Below, piece by piece: positions 52,061 to 60,000 of a stretch of 60,000 bases of DNA. Location of the stretch: the NCBI RefSeq assembly GCF_018350175.1, contig NC_058368.1:49230001-49290000 (forward strand). Direction: 5' to 3'. The position numbers were made by a program, and so were the translations under genes. Position 1 is the stretch's first letter. Each line of letters starts with the position of its first letter. Below the pieces are notes generated by a model, which saw nothing but the letters and a program-made list of their open reading frames with translations, did not search any database and was not told the origin of the DNA. The stretch is from Felis catus (taxonomy: Eukaryota).

Positions 52061-53440
52061 AACTTCAAGGGAGATGGGGAAGAGTTCTTCTTTGTGAGTC
52101 AACCTGCAGGGGTCCCAGGGCATGATCATCATTTGCATTTGTGCACCTCAGGAGGGCTTTGCACAGCAAGAAACTGTATTGAAGGATTTGAGATTCATGA
52201 CTTCAACAGCCATCAACTTGGGCCACTGGAAACAACACTGGAATTGGAGAGTGGAGGAATTTAGAGGGGCCAGAGGATTTATCACAAGCAACAACAATGC
52301 GCACTGGAGGAGGAGAGAGTAGGAACATCTAGCAAATCATGTAGCAGTTGAGTGGTATGCATGAGTCTACATGAGAACCCCCTTGCCTTCACCCCTGAGA
52401 TATGGAAGAGATAGCAAAGGTAATCTCGCTATGGAGGAGGGATAAGAGTCAGGAGATACTGTTCATGAAAAAGTGGTATGATCCAACTTTGGGTGTGGCC
52501 TTAGAAACATAGGATATGTTTGCAATTATTAACTGTAATTAATAGTAGTGTCCAAAAATTCCCAAATGATCTCATGTAGCTCACTTCAACTGTAAAGCAA
52601 TAAAAAGAAGTAAAGTTGTGAGATGATCCAACATAACCTTGCCAGTGGAACTAGCAAAGGGTTGGATTTTAAGAAATGTAATTCACTCACTGTCCAATTT
52701 GGTCAGAAGCTCTCACAAGTCCCAATTTCTTTATATCTTAGTTTAATAAATGGGAATTTTTGATACATGGGAATATAGCAGCTATTCTCTAGCATGTAAA
52801 GACTAATGTTAAGGCAGGAACCTCAGGAATACTAGATCGATAACATCCCAGATAATGCCTCAGACCTATATACAAAATTTGACTTTGAACCATGGATGTT
52901 GTATATCTTCCTTTCAGCATTATTTTGCATGCTAGTGTGACTAAGAGAGCCGTGTGCCAAACTAACAGTTCCATCATGAGTGGTGATTTAAATGTTGTAT
53001 ACAAATGAGGTAGATGATTCCACATCAACTAAATAGAATGTAATAGTGCCTCATGCTATAGAACTAGTCTAATAAAGCAAATCAAGCTTGGCCAGTCTTC
53101 CCAGAAGAAAGAAAATTTAAAAATAAAGCTCTACATTTTCAAACTAAAAATAATTTTAATCGATCCTAGGTGATATTTTTCATAAAACACAACAATGTAG
53201 AAAACACAAAGATGACACATGGTATCTGTGAAATCATAAATTTACACAGCCATTTTCCTAGAAGAAAAATGATAACTGAAGCAAGCTTTAAGAATTCTCT
53301 TAATTCTGTATTCTAAGACAGCTAGCTACCCCACAAAGTCCTACTTAACCATGTTTCTGGGTGCCAGAGATGTTATATCTTTTATCAGTCAGGTTGAGGA
53401 AACATTTTAACACCAGACTCTTATTTGCATTTCTCTACAG

Positions 53441-53461
53441 GGTTAGGAGCTTCCTGGTTCG
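53441..53461 (+). other. Candidate 21-nt microexon of an unidentified host gene
   Basis: ttttaac (branch-like) ... ctcttatttgcatttctctacag|GGTTAGGAGCTTCCTGGTTCG|gtaagt; length divisible by 3; in non-repeat sequence. Confidence 0.5.
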
Positions 53462-54468
53462 GTAAGTAACTTCCTCATTGCAACGATTATACTGCCGTAA
53501 TCATAACCAACCCTTTTTTCTTTTTAATTCCTCATTATGAAACTTATTTTTACCTTGCATTGTAACTTGCTATGCAGAGATGTAAAATATATCTCCATGA
53601 GTCAAGAATAGCATCATAAATACTCTATTATGGGACACTAATGAAAGGCACTGCCAAGGTACCCATTGTGCTAGCTTAGCAGAGGGTGCATAAAAGAGTA
53701 ATAAATCAGTGGCTGTTAACAGCTGATCTGTAGTACTTAACATGTAAAATATGGTCTGTGTCATAGTTGCATATCTCCTAATCCACTGGTAAACTGATAT
53801 ACGTAAAAAAATAACCAGTATATGAATATCAGACTGTGCCCATGTGTCTTTATGTCACCTCACCTTTCTATGTGCACAGACAATTGCTGAAACTAGAGAG
53901 CTACATCTCTTGGTTCATTAATGGCCTTTGCCACATGGTCCCTGGAAAGTCTAAGTGAACTTAACAGGTTCCTAGCTGGAGATGGCTACAAAGTATCCAG
54001 AATAATGGTAGCTATGGCCATTCCCCCCGACCCCAAACAGACATTTGTTATTCTAACAACAGACTCCTTGCTTAGGAAACCAGTTCAATGATCACTTAGA
54101 CAATGCTGAGTTCTGTGGATCAATAGATACACGGTTACAGCTATGTTGCTTCCCTCTGGATCTCTTATTGAATATTTATTTATTCCATATTCAGGCCTCA
54201 TCTCATACAAATCACAGCTAAAACAGTCTTTCATGGCCTGGCATTTCACAGAAAGAGAGTCTCTTTGGGAACCTAAAGGATAAGACTCAGTGGGGAATTT
54301 AGCCTCTGGCTGCTTTATAAAATAAATACTTCAACAAAACCATTTGCATAATGAAACTGTATCTTCCAAAAGAGATTTAGGAAATTATATCAAATGAAGC
54401 TAAACTACAATTTAAGGGTATGTTTTAGGGGGTAGATAAGTGAATCTTCTCAATCCACATAGCTTTAT

Positions 54469-54544
54469 ATTTTGTGTTTTTTGGTTTTTTGGGGTTTTTT
54501 TTTGTTTGTTTTTTTTGTTTTTTTTTGTTTTTTTTTTTTTTTTT
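54469..54544. repeat. T-rich (GTTTT)n/poly-T tract
   Basis: Directly visible. Confidence 0.95.
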
Positions 54545-55829
54545 GGAGAAGGATCTCTTCACTCAATTTTAGAATGGAGAATGCTCATTGGAAAACACCA
54601 GCTGTTTGCTCTTGCATGTGTACCAATTTTCATAATTTATCTGAAGCAGCTTTTAAAATTTGTGGTGCTTTTTTCATTCTTTAACCCTGTCATTCACATA
54701 TTCACATATTTGGTTAATAAGTCAACAGATGATTGGAGCCTCAGGGACACCCATTATTACAAAACAAAGCAGAAAAACAGACAGTCACTCCAAACTTCTC
54801 CCCTTAAAGCTGAGCTGTTCTTCCTTGAAGCCTGGATTTACGTCGTCACACACTTCCCTGTGCCCTGCCAGAAAAAGGCAGCTCTGTACTCGTAAACTCT
54901 ACTATGCATTTGCTGGCGCTTGCACTAGATTCCAGAACCTTTGGATATTACTCAGTTTGCTCCTTTTTGGAGGAATTTTTGTTCCTTTTGCCAAGGGAAT
55001 GTTTTGACATAATTCAAGAAAGGTAGTTAAGAAATTTGCATTCTGAGTTTTCTGCAGATTATAATGTAATATCCTCTGGGCCCCCTGGATCCTATTCTTA
55101 GCTTTTTAACATGGTCCCTTGATAAACAGGAAATTTCTTGTGAGGTTGGAAAACTCAGATTAAAATCAAAGAATAATAGAGTTTTAAATCTTAACGAATA
55201 ACATCATGAATACTCTGATGTCCAATAAACATTTTAATTAATTGCTTTTATTCTTATTTTCTAAGAAGCTCTTGCATTTCCAGATTCCTAAGTGGTTTTG
55301 GACCATGCTCCCCCAACAGCATAGCTGTCACCATTGAACATTTATTGAGTACAAGGCACCATAATTACTTGAGTTCTGAAACTAATCAAGAACCATTTTA
55401 TAGAAATGAATAACCATACTTAATTAGCACATAGTCTCCTCTCCCTGCTCCCAAACTGAACCACCTGCTTTTGGCTGCTGACAGGTCTCAGAGAGTCTTT
55501 AATCCTTGTTTTCTGGGCAAGGGGATGACTAGGGGAAACTGTGAAAAAATTATTGATGTCAGATTATTAACTGCATTTGATAGCTACAGCCAGCAATTTC
55601 AGTGGGCCATGCCTGGGAAGAATTTGGGGCTAGTGTCAAATATTATGAACAGAGGAAGCAAATACAACTTTTTTCTAATCTTTTCAATAGCAGTAGAATT
55701 TCAGTTCATTAGAAGCTTCCTTCCTAAGGAAGCTGTCCTCCATGCAGTGTCTTAGTGATGCAGGCTGTTTTGATTTGCAAAACCGCCAGTGCAACATGCA
55801 ATTTCCAGATCCCTTCAGTAGGGAATAAA

Positions 55830-55991
55830 GAGGTTGAAGAGGCTCCCACCAGTTCTTAAACGCTGTGGACTAGACATGACAATGGTTTTACAACCCATTG
55901 GTCAGAAATAGTCACAGGGCTTAACTGCAAAGGGTCTGTGAAATGTGGGGGAGTACATAGATCTTTGGCGAACAGTAAACATCTCTGTCAC
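55830..55991 (-). mobile_element. MLT1K/L-like LTR fragment
   Basis: cccattggtcagaaatagtcacaggg..taactgcaaagggtctgtgaaatgtggggg...atctctgtcaca. Confidence 0.75.
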
Positions 55992-56019
55992 AATGATCTA
56001 AAGCATCGGATACTGGTAT

Positions 56020-56680
56020 GTAATAACACTAAGAGGTAGGCATTACTATTAGTCTAACATTAGAGATGATAAAAATTGAAGCACAGAAAGTTAAATAGCA
56101 TTTCCAAAGTCACGAAGTAGTTCAGTCAGGGAATAAATCCAGGTAATTTGGCTCTATAACCCACACTTCTTGTCATGCAGTGTGCCATTTGCACAGGGTC
56201 ATTATTAATTCTCTGTGGCTTTGGCAAGCCATTAGAATTTTCTTAGGTTTAAAAAGTAAAAAATTAAAAAAAAATAAAAAGAATTTTCTTAGGTTTCTCA
56301 TTTGCAAACTAGGGATAAGGATATCTATCCATTGGACTGTACTGATCACAAATAAAGACACATATTGTGCAAATGGAATTTACACGATTTTTGAAGTACA
56401 CTAGATGCCAAAGATATTGTATTTTTTACCCCAATAAGGAGGAGGATGATGATGACTAGAATGATATGTGACATTTATGAAAGACTTAATAGCATGCTCT
56501 GTAGTAAGCATTTAACAAACTATTCAATTAGGTCTTCATTAAATTACCATGCTCAATTTTATACTCCCTTTACAAGCAAAGAAAATGATGCTCAAAAGAT
56601 TTTAAATAATTTTACCAAAGCCAATTAAGTGACAGAGCTGGGACTCAAAAACCTGCCCTCATTTCTACCACACTGCTCTG
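56020..56680. mobile_element. Cluster of MIR fragments in both orientations
   Basis: gaagcacagaaagttaaatagcatttccaaagtcac; ctgtggctttggcaagcc...gtttctcatttgcaaa; aaagaaaatgatgctcaaaag...gacagagctggga. Confidence 0.7.
56234..56296 (+). mobile_element. A-tail-only retrotransposon insertion with 17-bp TSD
   Basis: agaattttcttaggttt (56234-56250) + 29-bp A-rich tract + agaattttcttaggttt (56280-56296). Confidence 0.85.
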
Positions 56681-57735
56681 TACCTTCTTGAGTAAGTTAT
56701 TAAAAGAAGAGTTTAAAAAATAAAAACACTACATCAACTCAAGTTATTACTAATTTTTTTTTTATCTATGGTAAAAGTTCTGTTTTTACTTTATCACTCT
56801 AACGTTCTTCCCTCACATATATTGCCTCAAACTCTGATCTTATTTGATAAATAAATGACAACATTTATTTTTAAAAGACAGGATTTTCTTAAAGACTGTG
56901 ACTGGATCTCTGGCTTAGTCTATAGCTCCAATAGCATGCGACACAACTGCAGGAGTTTAATAAATGTTATCAGAGTTAAATTTAAATTCAGAGTAGAAAT
57001 AAAAAACTGGGTAAACACATTATGCCGTTATATATAGTTCTAAGTACAAGCCTTTACTTCTCTCTTTCCTGGTCTGTTTTTAAGACAGAACAGTTGTTTT
57101 GTTCATCATTATCTCATTCCTTAAAAAATCCAATTAGTATGCATATCTCTGGTACTATTTATTGGAAATCCAGGTCTTTGACAAGCCTCATGTTGCTTTC
57201 TATTAAACACACACTCTTTATATCCTTAAGGGATATCTTTTCTATTGTCTGCTTTCTATTTCTCTTAATCTAGAAAAATAATAGTGTTTATTAGGAGGAA
57301 ACGATCCCAGTTGCCACCAAGTTATGGCTGGTTTTATAATTCAGATTAGCAGAAGCAGGAAGAGTAACACAAGTATATTTTAACAATGATGTCTGTGGTT
57401 AACAATGATGTCTATGAGGGTTGGGTTCCTTGTTTTATCATGAGACATTAAGCAGACTCTGGGCCAGAAGAACTCTTTCTTTATTGTGAATTGTCTGACC
57501 TTAACTTCTGAGTTGAAACTGTTTTTTTTTTAAAAAAAAAAAAAACACACACAAATTCCATAACCTAGGACTCACTAGATCCCCTCAAGGTTAGGGACTA
57601 AGTCTCACCTTGTCTCAATCCATGCCATATCACAGAAGCTTGTGAGCCTGAAAGATGTCTAATAAATATGTGTTCCATCCTCCAAGTTGATGGAATAAAA
57701 GACTTCTGGGCAGATCCATACAAGTAATGGAAATG

Positions 57736-57901
57736 TTCTCTCCTTTTCTCTTCCCCACTCCCTCCCTTCCTCCCCACTCCTCACTCTCTCTCCTCCCTTC
57801 CTACTCCCCCCACTTCCCCCACACCCCTTTCCCTTCTCCCCCTCTGTCCCTCTCCCCCTCTCCCCCTAGTCTTCCAACTCCTCTTTTCACCTCCCCTCTT
57901 T
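57736..57901. repeat. C/T-rich low-complexity polypyrimidine tract
   Basis: Directly visible; many runs of 3-6 C. Confidence 0.9.
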
Positions 57902-58063
57902 AGAATTCTCACACTTCTTTTTTTTCTACCACTGTCATGCCATACACCCTCCTCCAAGCAAAATTCAAGCTTTTTAACTATTTGGCTCAACTTCCTTGAA
58001 TTTTGCAACTTTGATCCCAAGTCCTTCCCGCTCTGCTCCTGGAGCTATACAATAAAAAATAAT

Positions 58064-58265
58064 GGGGCGCCTGGGTGGCTCAGGTTGGTTAAGCCATTAA
58101 GCCTCCGACTGGATTTCTGCTGAGGTCATGATCTCATGGTTTGTGAGACTGAGCTGACAGCCCAGAGCCTGTTTGGGATCCTCTCTCTTTTAGTCTTTTT
58201 GCCTCTCCCCTGCTCTCTCTCTCTCTCTCTCAAAATGAATAAATAAGCTTAAGAAAAAAATTAAA
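58064..58265 (+). mobile_element. CanSINE with internal deletion
   Basis: ggggcgcctgggtggctcagg...; CT tract; A tail; segment between gagactgag and ctgacagc shortened. Confidence 0.93.
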
Positions 58266-59179
58266 ACATAATAACTTAAAAAAGAAAATTTTAAAAATCT
58301 TTTTTCTCCCATTGCTAGAATCCTGTATCTGCTCCCTCCTCTCCCCAGTGAGTAGCTTTCTCCTCCCAGCCTCCCTCCAGCCTCAGAGCTGCCCTTTCTT
58401 TGGGAATGGAAATTACTGCTTTACAAACACATATCTGTCTTCTCACCTAAACTTGACAGGTCTTCTTTGGATATTTGTTTCTTCATTGTTTCTCACAAAA
58501 ATGGTAAACTGTATAGGAAATTGGGACTCCTGTGGTTAAAGTTCAAAGGAAGTTACTAGAGCAAAGTGAATGAAGAAAGAAAGATGTGAAAATTCCAGAT
58601 TCTGAAATGACCAGATTCAGAAACATATAGTGATGAAAAATACTTCAACATTTGTCTAATTCAATCCTTGCTACAAACCCGTCTAAGGTTAACCAATTGC
58701 CTAGCTTTTGACTTGGTCTCCCCTCAGTGTATGCCTGGACAGGATTTGCATGTTTGGGATCCTTTATTGCCTGTCTCATATCTTTGGTATTTATTTATGC
58801 AAAAGGCCACTGCATCACAGTATGATAAAAATAGCTGCATGCTCACTAACGTCTATAAGTTTAACCATTAAGAGAGAAGATTTTTTTCTCAAACTTATTA
58901 CATGTTGAACTTTACTTGGCAACATACAAAATTATGAGAGTTCATGAGTCTGAGGATCTATTTTCCTTACTCCTGTAATAAAAATAATTAATTTTTATAC
59001 CTATTTTTTTTAATTGAATGATGATTTATCTAGGGTTTTCCTTCCCTTCTGCACATGCTTTTATTTTTCTTTGTTGGTCACATCCCATGCCTGGAATTGT
59101 GTTCATAGGCAATGAACAACTCTTTTTTATAATCCTTTCTGAAATTGCTCTCGGAGATATTGAAGATGCATCTTTTTTA

Positions 59180-59450
59180 ATCATTCATTGATTCATTCAT
59201 TCAACAAATACATGTTCATTATCTACCGCCTGCCAGGCTCTATTGCAGACACTGGGAATAAAATAGTCCCTGCCTTATTGGAACTTAGAAAAGGAAAACA
59301 GATAATAAACATACAAGCAAGTATACAGTATGAAAAATATAGAGAGTGACATGAATTATGGAGGCAAATTTTGTGAGAAAGTGGATTAAGAATGCCAGGA
59401 TAAAAAAATACATATTTTTATAGGGTCATTAGGGAAGGTCAATTAGGAGA
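59180..59450 (-). mobile_element. L2a-like 3' end
   Basis: tcattcattcaacaaatac...tgccaggctctattgcagacactggg...gtccctgcctt..tggaactta. Confidence 0.8.
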
Positions 59451-60000
59451 CCAATAAACAACTATCACACTAGTCCTACCCAACTTTCTCTAATTCTTAT
59501 GGAAATCAGAACTGAAGGGAAGGGAGGTAAAAACCACTTCATTTTATTTTGCATGCATATGAAAAATATGATACTATTTAAATTTCCAGTTTTCCCCCCA
59601 GAATTTCCTAATCTTATCAATATTTTGAAAAGAGCCCATGTCTATCCATCTATTCACTCATTTATCGACCCATCCCCCACCCATCTATCCATCCACTTAT
59701 CCTAGCCAGTCATTGACAATATTGACCAGAACAGTCACAGCCAGGACTGAGCTCAGAGGCCCATGGGAATAGAAGAACACTTGACTGGACATTATCAGAA
59801 GGCCATTAGTTAATTAATTAATCAATCAACGATTTCAAATTTTGTTTTAGGCACTTGTGTTAGGCACTTTTAGAATCTGGAGATATGAGATTGACAGGTT
59901 CCTGGCCTTCAAAGAGCTCACACTCTAAGCTTTCAAACCAGGCAACACAGCTCCCCATAGTAAGATTTCACTATTGGACTAGATCGTTACTCTAAGCTGC

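Noticed and set aside
1570..53610. About eleven TGA(C/G)TCA AP-1 motifs
   Set aside because: Dispersed and roughly the number expected by chance in 60 kb
54440..55007. 151-aa and 115-aa hydrophobic ORFs
   Set aside because: Poly-F comes from the T tract; non-ATG starts; no homology recognised
57380..57417. 19-bp tandem duplication ttaacaatgatgtct(g/a)tg
   Set aside because: Ordinary slippage micro-duplication

Overview
AT-rich mammalian non-coding DNA, almost certainly from a felid (domestic cat or close relative): it carries many tRNA-derived CanSINEs, including young SINEC_Fc-type copies with intact CpGs, and a cat-type L1 3' end. No protein-coding gene, RNA gene or CRISPR-like system can be supported; the listed ORFs are chance ORFs or translations of repeats and microsatellites. 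The window reads as a large intron or intergenic tract made of CanSINEs, L1/HAL1/L2/CR1 fragments, MIRs, MaLR/ERVL LTRs and DNA-transposon fossils (MER5A, MER20, MER58A, MER63A, Tigger2, a Tc2/pogo transposase remnant). The most notable observations are (1) a candidate 21-nt plus-strand microexon at 53441-53461 with textbook splice signals and an upstream UGC motif, (2) a complex local rearrangement at 45275-47197 (285-bp tandem duplication, ~280-bp inverted duplication, probable inversion), (3) a poly(A)-only insertion with a perfect 17-bp target-site duplication, and (4) two SINEs inserted at the same target site. I found no convincing previously undescribed biological system. Repeat subfamily names are from recalled consensus sequences, not a database search, and boundaries of old repeats are approximate.
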